From positions 4,411 to 68,410 of the IMG/VR virus record IMGVR_UViG_2919155634_000002: a stretch of DNA of 64,000 nucleotides, one strand, 5' to 3'. Positions within the stretch are counted from its first letter, which is position 1. Each line of letters begins with the position of its first letter. The notes below the pieces were generated by a model that saw nothing but the letters and a program-made list of their open reading frames with translations, had not been told where the DNA came from and did not search any database. The DNA is from a virus. A program made the position numbers and the translations under genes. This document shows positions 36,241 through 45,188 of the stretch, one piece after another.

Positions 36241-36250
36241 GCAAGAAGAA
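36241..36250 (+). repeat. attR core (GCAAGAAGAA)
   Basis: Junction to terL codons K-K-N-G-K-S-T; tandem (A/G)GGGGTA arm-type repeats at 36158-36177. Confidence 0.8.
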
Positions 36251-37664
36251 CGGCAAGTCGACCATCGCCGCCGGCATCATGCTTACCGCACTGATCCTTA
36301 ACTGGCGAGCGTCGGGTGAGTTCATCATTCTCGCACCGACCAAGGAAATCGCGGACAACTCCTACCTCCCAATCAGGGACATGGTGGGTGCTGACGAAGA
36401 GCTCAAGGCCTTGCTCAAGGTGCAGGATCACCTGCGCACCGTGACGCACCGTCAGACTAACGCCACCCTCAAGGTGGTTGCAGCGGACAGCGAGACGGTG
36501 TCGGGCAAGAAAGCCATCGGCGTGTTCGTCGACGAGCTGTGGGTGTTCGGCAAGCGGGCCAACGCCGAGGCTATGCTGCGCGAGGCCACTGGTGGCCTGG
36601 CCTCTCGGCCAGAGGGATTCATCATCTGGGCCACCACCCAGTCCGATGCACCGCCGGCCGGCGTCTTCCGGCAGAAGCTGTTGTATGCCCGCAAGGTGCG
36701 CGACGGCGAGATCGTCGACAAGTCGTTCCTGCCGGTGCTGTATGAGTTTCCCAAGGCGATGCTCGACGCCGGTGCACACCGGGACGCCTCGAACGCCTAC
36801 ATCACCAACCCAAATCTCGGGCTGTCGGTCGACGAACCTTTCATCGAGCGTGGTTACGCACAGGCCCAGCTGGACGGCGAGGAGTCGTTTCGCGGCTTCC
36901 TTGCCAAGCACCTAAACGTCGAGATCGGCTTGGCGCTGCTTTCGGATCGCTGGGCGGGTGCTGATTTTTGGGAGACACAGACCTCCGAGCTATGCCGCAC
37001 GCTGGAAGACCTGATCGACCGCTGCGAAGTGATCGACATCGGTGTCGATGGCGGGGGGCTGGATGACCTGCTTGGCTTTGCAGCACTCGGCCGAGAGCAG
37101 GGAACACGGCGCTGGCTGACCTGGACTCATGCCTGGGCCCATCCATCAGTACTGGAGCGGCGTAAAGCCGAAGCGCCGCGCATCCGCGACTTCGCTAAGG
37201 ATGGACACCTGACCTTGGTTGAACGCATCGGCGACGACATTGAGGCGGTGGCACAACTGGTGGCGCAGGTCGAGCAGGCCGGCCTGCTAGATAAGGTCGG
37301 GCTGGACCCGGCCGGCGTCGGCGCGATCCTCGATGCGCTGGAGGCTGTTGGAATTCCGCGCGAAAAGATTGATGGCATTTCCCAAGGCTGGCGCCTGGGC
37401 GGAGCCATCAAGACTGCCGAGCGCAAGCTGGCCGAGGGCACGCTGCTGCACGGGGGGCAGCCGATGATGGCCTGGTGCTGCGGTAACGCCAAGGTCGAGC
37501 CGCGCGGCAACTCGATCCTTATCACCAAGCAAGCCAGCGGCTCGGCCAAGATTGACCCGCTGATGGCGCTGTTCAACGCCGTGACGCTGATGGCCCTCAA
37601 TCCAGAGGGGCAGGGCGGCATGGAAAACTTCATGGCCGGCATTCGGGATCCACTGATCGCATGA
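36243..37664 (+). pseudogene. terL: Terminase large subunit, 3' fragment
   Basis: KKNGKSTIAAGIM..., Walker B VFVDELW, nuclease IGVDGGGLDD, KIDPLMA. Confidence 0.92.
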
Positions 37665-37822
37665 ACGCATTTCACTATTTCATCATCTGCGCCGTGTGCG
37701 GGTTCGGCCTGGCCTGCGCGGGTGTCTGGATGCTGGCAGGCACCGGCTGGGCGATGCTCGCCGGCTCCGGCAGCCTCTTCTGCATCGCAGCCTTCATCCG
37801 CCGAGGGCTGAGCAGTGATTAA
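37661..37822 (+). CDS. Small 2-TM protein between terL and portal
   Basis: Hand-translated MNAFHYFIICAVCGFGLACAGVWMLAG...; ATGA overlap. Confidence 0.6.
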   Translation: MNAFHYFIICAVCGFGLACAGVWMLAGTGWAMLAGSGSLFCIAAFIRRGLSSD

Positions 37823-39116
37823 AACCCTTTCTCAAGCGCTTGGTAGCGCTGCGGCTAAGCCCTCGGCAAGCATGAGCGGCTGGCTGGGCAAGAGCATCCG
37901 GTTGTCGGACGGCGGGTTCTGGAGCGCCTTTTCCGGCGCCCAGTCCAGCAGCGGCAAGTCGGTCACGGTCGACAAAGCCATGCGGCTGTCGGCGGTCTGG
38001 GCCTGCGTGCGCATCATCTCCACTTCGGTGGCCGGCCTGCCGCTCAGTATCTACCGGCGTCTGCCGGACGGTGGACGCGAGACGGCGCGGGACTTCCCGC
38101 TGTACGACGTCGTGCACAACAGCCCGAACGAGGACATGGCCGCGTTCCATTTCTGGCAGTCGGTCGTCGCTTCGATGCTGCTGTGGGGCAATGCCTACTG
38201 CGAGATTCATCGGGCCGCCGGGCGGGTCATCGCACTGGACTTCCTGATGCCGTCACGGGTCACCCCGGAGCCGGATGACGATGGTCGGCTGCGCTATTTT
38301 TTTCAGCCGCGCAAGGGCGCGCGCCGGGAGATCGCCCGGGAAGACATGCTCCACATCCCGGCCTTCACCTTGGATGGCCGGATGGGCCTCTCGGCAATTC
38401 GTTACGGCGCCGATGTATTCGGCTCGGCCATGTCGGCCGACGATGCTGCCAATACCACCTTCAAGAACGGGATGATGCCCACCGTAGCTTTCTCGGTGGA
38501 TAAGACGCTCAACCCCACGCAGCGTGCCGAATTTCGAGACTACGTCAAGACGATTTCTGGCGCGCTCAATGCGGGTAAGAGCCCGGTACTCGAGCAAGGC
38601 GTGAAGCCCGAGATGATCGGCATTAACCCGGCTGACGCCCAGCTGCTCGAGTCACGTGGGCACAGCATCGAGGAGATCTGCCGTTGGTTCGGCGTGCCGC
38701 CCTGGATGGTGATGAAAACTGACAAAGGCAGTAACTGGGGCACCGGCCTTGAGCAACAGCAAATCGCGTTCCTGACCTATTGCATCATGACCTACACGGC
38801 GCCAATCGAGCAGTGCGTGAACAAGCGATGCCTGACAGCGGTTGACCGGATCAAGCACTACGCGGAGTTTTCGCTGGAAGCCTTCCTGCGCGCTGACAGT
38901 GCCGGCCGTGCCGCCTACCTCAGCACCATGGGCCAAAACGGCTACATGACCCGAAACGAGGGTCGACACAAAGAGAACCTGCCCAGCATGCCTGGCGGCG
39001 ACATCCTCACCGTGCAATCGAACCTGGTACCGCTTGACCAGCTGGGCAAACAAAACGACAGCCAAGCCGCGCGCGCGGCGCTGATGAACTGGCTCCAAAG
39101 CAAATCCGGGGAGTAA
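37815..39116 (+). CDS. Portal protein (HK97 family)
   Basis: AVWACVRII, LLWGNAY, G.SAI, EEICRWFGVPP, MTRNEGR. Confidence 0.93.
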   Translation: MIKTLSQALGSAAAKPSASMSGWLGKSIRLSDGGFWSAFSGAQSSSGKSVTVDKAMRLSAVWACVRIISTSVAGLPLSIYRRLPDGGRETARDFPLYDVVHNSPNEDMAAFHFWQSVVASMLLWGNAYCEIHRAAGRVIALDFLMPSRVTPEPDDDGRLRYFFQPRKGARREIAREDMLHIPAFTLDGRMGLSAIRYGADVFGSAMSADDAANTTFKNGMMPTVAFSVDKTLNPTQRAEFRDYVKTISGALNAGKSPVLEQGVKPEMIGINPADAQLLESRGHSIEEICRWFGVPPWMVMKTDKGSNWGTGLEQQQIAFLTYCIMTYTAPIEQCVNKRCLTAVDRIKHYAEFSLEAFLRADSAGRAAYLSTMGQNGYMTRNEGRHKENLPSMPGGDILTVQSNLVPLDQLGKQNDSQAARAALMNWLQSKSGE

Positions 39117-39119
39117 CCC

Positions 39120-39977
39120 ATGAAACACAAGATCCAGTCTCGCGGCCTGCGCAGCGAGATGAGCCCGCGTGCGCTCGATGAATGGAACCCAGCCATTCAG
39201 GCGGCCGTGGAAAACACCTCGGAAACCATCACCATCTACGGTGTGATCGGTGAGGACTGGTACGGGGAGGGCGTGACCCTCAAGCGTATCGACGCAGCGC
39301 TGCGTGCCATCGGCGACCGTGAGGTGACGGTGTACATCAACTCACCAGGTGGCGACATGTTCGAAGGCATCGCTATTTACAACCGCCTGCGCGAGCACAA
39401 GCAGAAGGTCACCACCAAGGTGCTCGGCATGGCTGCCAGCGCAGCGTCCGTCATCTACTTGGCTGGCTCCGAGCGCCAGGTGGCCAGCAGCGCTTTCCTG
39501 ATGATCCACAACTGCTGGACTTTCCTCTCCGGCAACCGCCACTACCTGCGAGACGTATCGGACGACATGGAGGAGTTCGATGCCGCCATGGCCGACCTCT
39601 ACGCCGAGACCAGCGGCCAGCCCGTCGAGGACATGGCCGAGCTGATGGATGACGAGACGTTCATCCGGGGCAAGCGAGCGGTGGAACTGGGTCTGGCCAC
39701 TGGCCTGCTGGCAGCGACCGAAGTCACCGAGCGCGAGACTGAGGAAACTGGCCAGGCCAATGCTCTGAAGGCCATGGACGCCGCCCTAGCTAAGGCCGGC
39801 ATGCCGCGCTCCGAGCGCCGCGAACTCTTCGCCACTTTCAAGTCTGGCATGCCACGCGCTGCCAGCGGGAACACGCCGCGCGCTGTTCCGACCGGCACGC
39901 CAAGCGCTGCCGCGCCAGACCTCTCCGCCTCACTGAGCGCGGCAACCAATCTTCTCAATTCTCTGAAAGGAAAGTGA
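39120..39977 (+). CDS. ClpP-like prohead protease
   Basis: YINSPGGDMFEG, GMAASAAS, LMIHN. Confidence 0.9.
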   Translation: MKHKIQSRGLRSEMSPRALDEWNPAIQAAVENTSETITIYGVIGEDWYGEGVTLKRIDAALRAIGDREVTVYINSPGGDMFEGIAIYNRLREHKQKVTTKVLGMAASAASVIYLAGSERQVASSAFLMIHNCWTFLSGNRHYLRDVSDDMEEFDAAMADLYAETSGQPVEDMAELMDDETFIRGKRAVELGLATGLLAATEVTERETEETGQANALKAMDAALAKAGMPRSERRELFATFKSGMPRAASGNTPRAVPTGTPSAAAPDLSASLSAATNLLNSLKGK

Positions 39978-41167
39978 CCATGGACTACGAAGCCCAAGTC
40001 AAGGAATTCAATGCCACCCTCAAGGGCATTGGCGATCAGATCAAGGCCCAGGCCGAAGCCACCGAAAAGCAGATCAAGGCGTCCGGCGAAATGAACGCCG
40101 AAACCCGCACCAAGGTTGACGAGTTGCTGACCAAGCAAGGCGAAGTGTCGGCACGCTTGCAGGAAGCCGAGCAGAAGCTGGTCAACGCCAGCCGCGCGCC
40201 CGCAGACCGCCAGGAGCAGCAGCTCTCGGTTGGCGCTCTGGTCGTAGGCAGCGAAGAAATGAAGGGTCTGAGCTCGTCCTTCCGTGGTTCTCGTCGTGTG
40301 TCGGTACCGCGTGCCGCCATCACTACAGCCACTGGCGGCGCTCTGACCGCTGCGGATCGCCAGCCTGGCATCATCGCCCCGCCTCAGCGTCGTCTCACCA
40401 TCCGCGACCTGGTGGCGCCAGGTACCACTGAAGCCAACTCCATCGAGTACGTGCGTGAAAGCGGCTTCACGAACAATGCAAAGCCTGTCGCTGAGACCCT
40501 GGCCAAGCCCTATTCGGACATCAAGTTCGAATTGGCCACGGCCAACGTGCGCACCATCGCGCACCTGTTCAAGGCCAGTCGCCAGATGCTCGACGATGCC
40601 CAGGCGCTGCAGAGCTACATCGACGCGCGCGCCCGTTACGGCCTGCTGATGGCCGAGGAGGCCCAACTGCTGTACGGCAACGGTACCGGTGCCAACCTGC
40701 AAGGCCTCATGACGGTTGCCCAGCTTTACGCGGCTCCCACCGGCGTGACTGTAACGGGCGAGCAGCGTATCGATCGCCTGCGCCTGGCACTGCTGCAGGC
40801 CGAGCTGGCCGAGTTCCCCTCGGATGGCATCGTGCTCAATCCCATCGACTGGGCGGCGATCGAGCTCACCAAAGATGGTGAAGGCCGCTACATCATCGGT
40901 GAGCCCCAAGACGGCACCACTCCGCGCCTGTGGAATCGCCCGGTCGTCTCGACTCAGGCCATGACGCAGGATGACTTCCTCGTCGGCGCTTTCAAGCTGG
41001 GCGCACAGATCTTCGATCGTATGGAAATCGAAGTGCTGATCTCGACCGAGAACGCCGATGACTTCGAGAAGAACATGGCGACGATCCGCGCCGAGGAGCG
41101 CCTGGCCTTCGCCATCTACCGTGGCGAGGCGTTCGTGACCGGCCCACTGACCGGCAGCGGCTCGTAA
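39974..41167 (+). CDS. Helper major capsid protein (HK97 family)
   Basis: RRLTIRDLV, IAHLFKASRQML, IVLNPIDW, LWNRPVV, FEKNMATIRAEERL. Confidence 0.95.
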   Translation: MTMDYEAQVKEFNATLKGIGDQIKAQAEATEKQIKASGEMNAETRTKVDELLTKQGEVSARLQEAEQKLVNASRAPADRQEQQLSVGALVVGSEEMKGLSSSFRGSRRVSVPRAAITTATGGALTAADRQPGIIAPPQRRLTIRDLVAPGTTEANSIEYVRESGFTNNAKPVAETLAKPYSDIKFELATANVRTIAHLFKASRQMLDDAQALQSYIDARARYGLLMAEEAQLLYGNGTGANLQGLMTVAQLYAAPTGVTVTGEQRIDRLRLALLQAELAEFPSDGIVLNPIDWAAIELTKDGEGRYIIGEPQDGTTPRLWNRPVVSTQAMTQDDFLVGAFKLGAQIFDRMEIEVLISTENADDFEKNMATIRAEERLAFAIYRGEAFVTGPLTGSGS

Positions 41168-41213
41168 GCCTTCCAATTCAGGCGCCAGCGATGGCGCCGC
41201 ACAGGAGCGATCC

Positions 41214-41684
41214 ATGGCTAGCACAAAGAAGCAGGAGAAACCAAGCGTGGTACTGGAGCAGGCTGTACCAGCACCTGGTGACCAGGCATTGAACTCGCCG
41301 CCCGGCGGCAGCGACTCCAGCGGCGCTGAGCCGGTCGCCAACACCGTGCATGAAGCGGGTGGCCCAGAGGCCGAGCAGCCTGTAGAGCTGGCGCCGGCGG
41401 ACACTTCGGCCGAGGGTGCTGCAGATACCGGCGTTTCGCCGAACCAACCGGGCCAGGCTGGCGACGCGCTGCATGTTGCCGCCGACATGGCAGGGCTGGA
41501 AGAACTAACATCGAGCGCGCCGGCAGAGGTGAACACGGCTCAGGTCGAGGTTTACCCGCTGCGCTCTTTCATGGATGAGGGCGAGCTGCGCCGGCGCGGC
41601 GGTCCGAGCTATCAGGTACCGAGGCTTCACGCCGAGGACCTCGAGCGGCGGAATCTGGTATCGCGCACTCCGCTGGAGGAGTGA
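41214..41684 (+). CDS. Hypothetical head-region protein
   Basis: AGGAG RBS; low-complexity N-terminus. Confidence 0.6.
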   Translation: MASTKKQEKPSVVLEQAVPAPGDQALNSPPGGSDSSGAEPVANTVHEAGGPEAEQPVELAPADTSAEGAADTGVSPNQPGQAGDALHVAADMAGLEELTSSAPAEVNTAQVEVYPLRSFMDEGELRRRGGPSYQVPRLHAEDLERRNLVSRTPLEE

Positions 41685-41687
41685 ACC

Positions 41688-42029
41688 ATGTCAGTGATCA
41701 GCATGGCGCAGGCCCGGGCCCACCTTCGTGATCCAGACGATGACGACGATTATCTGCAGCTGCTGATCGACTCGGCCGAGCTCTCGGCAATGAACTACCT
41801 CAACCGTCAGGTCTACGTCGATGCGCGGTCGATGTCAGAGGCAGTACTGGCAGGCTCGGCTGGGGAAAAGCCTATGCTCAGCAACGCATCGTTCAAGTCG
41901 GCGTGTCTTCTGATCCTGGGGCACCTTTACGCTAACCGGGAAGACGTAGTGACAGGGACAATTGCCACTGAGCTGCCTCGAGGCTCGCAGGCTTTGCTGA
42001 CCCCGTACCGGGTGGGGTGGGGCATATGA
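41688..42029 (+). CDS. Head-tail connector (HK97 gp6-like)
   Basis: ARAHLR...ACLLILGHLYANRE. Confidence 0.85.
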   Translation: MSVISMAQARAHLRDPDDDDDYLQLLIDSAELSAMNYLNRQVYVDARSMSEAVLAGSAGEKPMLSNASFKSACLLILGHLYANREDVVTGTIATELPRGSQALLTPYRVGWGI

Positions 42030-42352
42030 GGGCCGGGCCGCTTCGCCATTTATTCGAAGTCACTTTCCGTCACGAGGAGCGCACCAAGTCCGGTGGGGCT
42101 GTCGTCACCTGGCTTCCTGCAGCTCGTCCAAAGATGTGGGGTGAAGTGCGTACACCCTCTGGCCGGATCATCGCTGTAGCTGAAAAGCTCAAAGCGATAG
42201 TTACAGCCGAGATCATCAGTAGGCCTCGAGCTGACATGGTGGCAGGCGCAAGGCTCACCCGCCGCGGCGTCACGTATCAGGTCGAGGCTGTATTGCCAGA
42301 CAACGAAAACACGCTGATGAGACTTCTTTGCTCGTCGGTACCAAACCCATGA
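42026..42352 (+). CDS. Head closure / head-tail adaptor
   Basis: MRAGPLRH...WGEV; position. Confidence 0.8.
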   Translation: MRAGPLRHLFEVTFRHEERTKSGGAVVTWLPAARPKMWGEVRTPSGRIIAVAEKLKAIVTAEIISRPRADMVAGARLTRRGVTYQVEAVLPDNENTLMRLLCSSVPNP

Positions 42353-42360
42353 GGTGAACC

Positions 42361-42534
42361 ATGAAAATTCAAGCATTGGGCCCGCTGACCGGTGCATCCG
42401 GCGAGCGCGAAAAGGGCGATATCTTCGAAGTGAAGAAGGAATACGGCGAAGGCCTGATCGCCCGCGGCTACGCGATTGAGGTCAAGGAAGACGCGGCCCA
42501 GGAAAAAACCGCCAAGGCCCAGGCCAAGGAGTAG
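42361..42534 (+). CDS. Small hypothetical protein (57 aa)
   Basis: GAGG RBS; MKIQALGPLTGASGEREKGDIFEV... Confidence 0.65.
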   Translation: MKIQALGPLTGASGEREKGDIFEVKKEYGEGLIARGYAIEVKEDAAQEKTAKAQAKE

Positions 42535-42537
42535 GCC

Positions 42538-43038
42538 ATGGCCCGCCGCTCGAAGATGCGCGGCGATATCCGCTTACGGCGAACGCTGCGCAACATCCAC
42601 AAGACCATGGACAACGAACTGGCCCCGGCCATGCGCCAAGCTGCAGAGCGCATCTTGGCCACTCAGCAGCAGCTGATGCCGAGGGACACCGGCGCTGCCG
42701 CAGCCGCGCTGAGAATCTACGTCGCACCCAGCGGCCTTGATGCGCAGATCGGGATCAGGGGCAAGCGCGACAACCGCAAGTTCTTCTACCTGCGCTTCAT
42801 CGAGTACGGCACCAAGGGCTATATCGGGGGCAGGCGTTCAGCCAGCCGCAAGCAGCGCGAAACGAACAAGAGCGATGGTGAGCACTTCTTCGGCAAGCAC
42901 CCAGACATTCCGGCCCGGCCGGCGCACCCATGGCTTCGGCCCTCGATGGACGTCAACCGCGAGTATGTGATGGCCGATATCGAGGCGGCAGTACGCCGCA
43001 CGCTGCGCAAGGCAAGCCAGGGGGTGGGAAATGGCTGA
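42538..43038 (+). CDS. HK97 gp10-like neck protein
   Basis: FYLRFIEYGT...PARPAHPWLRPS. Confidence 0.85.
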   Translation: MARRSKMRGDIRLRRTLRNIHKTMDNELAPAMRQAAERILATQQQLMPRDTGAAAAALRIYVAPSGLDAQIGIRGKRDNRKFFYLRFIEYGTKGYIGGRRSASRKQRETNKSDGEHFFGKHPDIPARPAHPWLRPSMDVNREYVMADIEAAVRRTLRKASQGVGNG

Positions 43039-43417
43039 TCCCTCGGTATCGCTGCAAGAGGCCATTTTTGCCAGGCTGCAGGCCGAGGTGAGCTGCCCAG
43101 TCTATGACGGTGCACCCATGGACGCCGACATGCCCTATGTGTCGATCGACCGCGAGGTCTCAGTCAACGTCAGCCCGATATCGGGCCGTAAGCGCGAACA
43201 GCGCCTGCTGTACCTGTCGGTCTGGTCTGACACGGTTGGCCAGGCAGAGGTTAAGCGCATCAACGGGGAGGTCATTGCCGCGCTGGACGAGCGCCCGCTG
43301 CCGCTGAGCGTCGGCAGGGCTGTCTCTGTCCGCGTTATCCAGTCGGACGCCCAGCGTGACGCTGATGGCGTTACCTACCAGGGATCGATCACCGTCCGCG
43401 TCATTACCACCCACTGA
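43031..43417 (+). CDS. Tail terminator (DUF3168-like)
   Basis: VYDGAP..ADMPYV; position. Confidence 0.8.
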   Translation: MADPSVSLQEAIFARLQAEVSCPVYDGAPMDADMPYVSIDREVSVNVSPISGRKREQRLLYLSVWSDTVGQAEVKRINGEVIAALDERPLPLSVGRAVSVRVIQSDAQRDADGVTYQGSITVRVITTH

Positions 43418-43471
43418 TCCACCTACCGGCCGCACCGCGGCTTTATCCAATGTGCCTTTGGAGGAACCCCC

Positions 43472-43972
43472 ATGGCCGATGACAACCTGAACACCGCTGC
43501 CGGCTGCCGCTTCTGGCTTGGCGGCAAAACCGGCGCTGACACCCAGACCCAATACGAAGCCGACACCTATGTCGAGGTAGGCGAGATCGAGGACCTGGGC
43601 GAGTTCGGCGACACATTCAGCAGCGTGACTTTCACGTCGCTGAAGAACGGCCGCGTGCGTAAGTACAAGGGCACCGCTGATGCTGGTGACCTGACGCTAA
43701 CCGTGGGGCTGGACAACGGCGATGCCGGCCAAAAGGCGGTGAAGGTCGCTCACAAGGACCGTAGCAAGGGCGACTACAACATCAAGATCACTCTCAACGA
43801 TGGTGATCCTACCGCCACCCCAGTGGTCAGGCCGACCACCTTCTACATGCGCGGCAAGGTGATGAACAACACCGTTGCACCAGGTGCCGCCGACAACGTC
43901 GTGCGCCGCAACATCACCATCGGCATCAACTCCGACATTCTCGAGCTGCTGCCAGCACCGGTTACCCCGTAA
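43472..43972 (+). CDS. Major tail (tube) protein
   Basis: VGEIEDLGEFGD...RVRKYKGTADAG. Confidence 0.85.
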   Translation: MADDNLNTAAGCRFWLGGKTGADTQTQYEADTYVEVGEIEDLGEFGDTFSSVTFTSLKNGRVRKYKGTADAGDLTLTVGLDNGDAGQKAVKVAHKDRSKGDYNIKITLNDGDPTATPVVRPTTFYMRGKVMNNTVAPGAADNVVRRNITIGINSDILELLPAPVTP

Positions 43973-44012
43973 TCGCCCGGGGCTTCGGCCCTGGCAACAC
44001 TGGACCTTATCC

Positions 44013-44590
44013 ATGAACAACACCTTGCACGGCACCATGACCGTGAAGCTGGGCGACGAGGAGTTCAACCTGCAGCCAACCCTGAAGGCGGTGCGCGCGA
44101 TCGAGAGCCGCTTTGGCGGCCTGCGCGGGGCATCTGGGGCCTTGCATGCGGTTGGCGTAGATGCGGTGGCTTTCATCATCGCCGCCGGCGCTGGCCTGGA
44201 AGGTAAGGCTGCCGAAGCGCTGCCCGAGAAGGTCTGGCAGGAAGGCGTGGCCGGGCTGACACCGGTAGTCACCAAGTACCTTGGCGCTCTCTACAATCCG
44301 CGAGGCGGTGACCCGGGAAACGACCAAGCCGGGACGGCGTAAGCGCTGTCGAGGACGGCAGCTACGTCGACCGGCTGTATGGAATCGCCACCGGTTGGCT
44401 GGGATGGGCGCCGGATGTGGCCTGGCGCACCCCGCTCCCTGAGTTGTTCATGGCCATGGACGCCAGGATAGAGTGGGCGCAGATGACCAATCCGTTTGGG
44501 GGCGGCTCGAGGTCTGGTGCAGGCGAAAAGCCGAGGCAGGCTACAGTTGCCGACAAGCTTCGCCAGGCTTTGACTGGTCGGAATAAGTAA
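44013..44590 (+). CDS. Tail assembly chaperones G (44013-44342) / GT via -1 frameshift
   Basis: Slippery G GGA AAC at 44315-44321; -1 frame open to TAA 44588-44590. Confidence 0.8.
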
Positions 44591-44675
44591 GGCACTTCAG
44601 AATCATCGGCCTCGGTACCCTTTGTGCGATTTTATCAGGGTGTTAGATTGCCAACCTATTTGAGGGAGGTGAGAT

Positions 44676-45116
44676 ATGCGGAAAGCTGCAGCTGTATGTT
44701 TACTGGCGTTGATGCTCACAGGTTGCGAAACCACGGCAGTGCACCCTGACCACGCTAAGCAGGTACCCCTCACGGACGTCCATGCATTTGGCAAACAGCG
44801 AAGCTTGGATGACGCCAGAATCGTATTCACACAGGACTCAGGAGCTATAAGCTGTTTCGGCGCAGGAATGTCCGTTTACCTTGACGGAATACTGGCAGCG
44901 GAGACTAGCCAGGGTCGCAGCGTTGAACTGTTTCATGCGCCAGGGCCCACGCAACTGAGCATCAAGAACAATGCAAAGTGCGCTGGCGGCGGCCTGGCTG
45001 GACTTTTGTTGGATCTCAAGCCCGGCTATTCCTACCAGGTCAGGGGATACCGCGACATGTGGGACAAACCATCTCCCATGCTTTCAGAACCTACGCCGTA
45101 CAGATACACCAAATGA
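44676..45116 (+). CDS. Lipoprotein moron
   Basis: Lipobox LTGC after a short signal; inserted between chaperone and tape-measure genes. Confidence 0.75.
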   Translation: MRKAAAVCLLALMLTGCETTAVHPDHAKQVPLTDVHAFGKQRSLDDARIVFTQDSGAISCFGAGMSVYLDGILAAETSQGRSVELFHAPGPTQLSIKNNAKCAGGGLAGLLLDLKPGYSYQVRGYRDMWDKPSPMLSEPTPYRYTK

Positions 45117-45188
45117 TCAGGACCTGAGACAGGCTTGATAAAGCTATTTTCAACCCGCTCCGGCGGGTTTTGTTTTTTTGGGGGGGCC

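Larger units (their letters stand above)
22104..36250. mobile_element. Phage satellite (PICI/P4-like) embedded in the helper terL; 14,137-bp excisable unit
   Basis: Flanked by GCAAAAAGAA / GCAAGAAGAA; int-alpA-icd-primase-helicase core; removal restores the terL reading frame. Confidence 0.92.

Noticed and set aside
22104-36250. Classifying the satellite as a capsid-forming PICI (cf-PICI)
   Set aside because: Only a capsid gene is present; no portal, protease, terminase or head-tail connector genes lie between the att sites.
36159-36278. Possible rescue of terL from within the satellite, since attR rebuilds an in-frame CKKNGKST Walker A
   Set aside because: In that frame there is a TAA at 36156-36158 and no ATG/GTG/TTG before ATG 36279, which lies downstream of Walker A.
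39599-41536. 645-aa minus-strand ORF (likewise 28742-29959 and 12538-13947)
   Set aside because: Antisense shadows of high-GC genes with clear motifs on the opposite strand; no motifs of their own.
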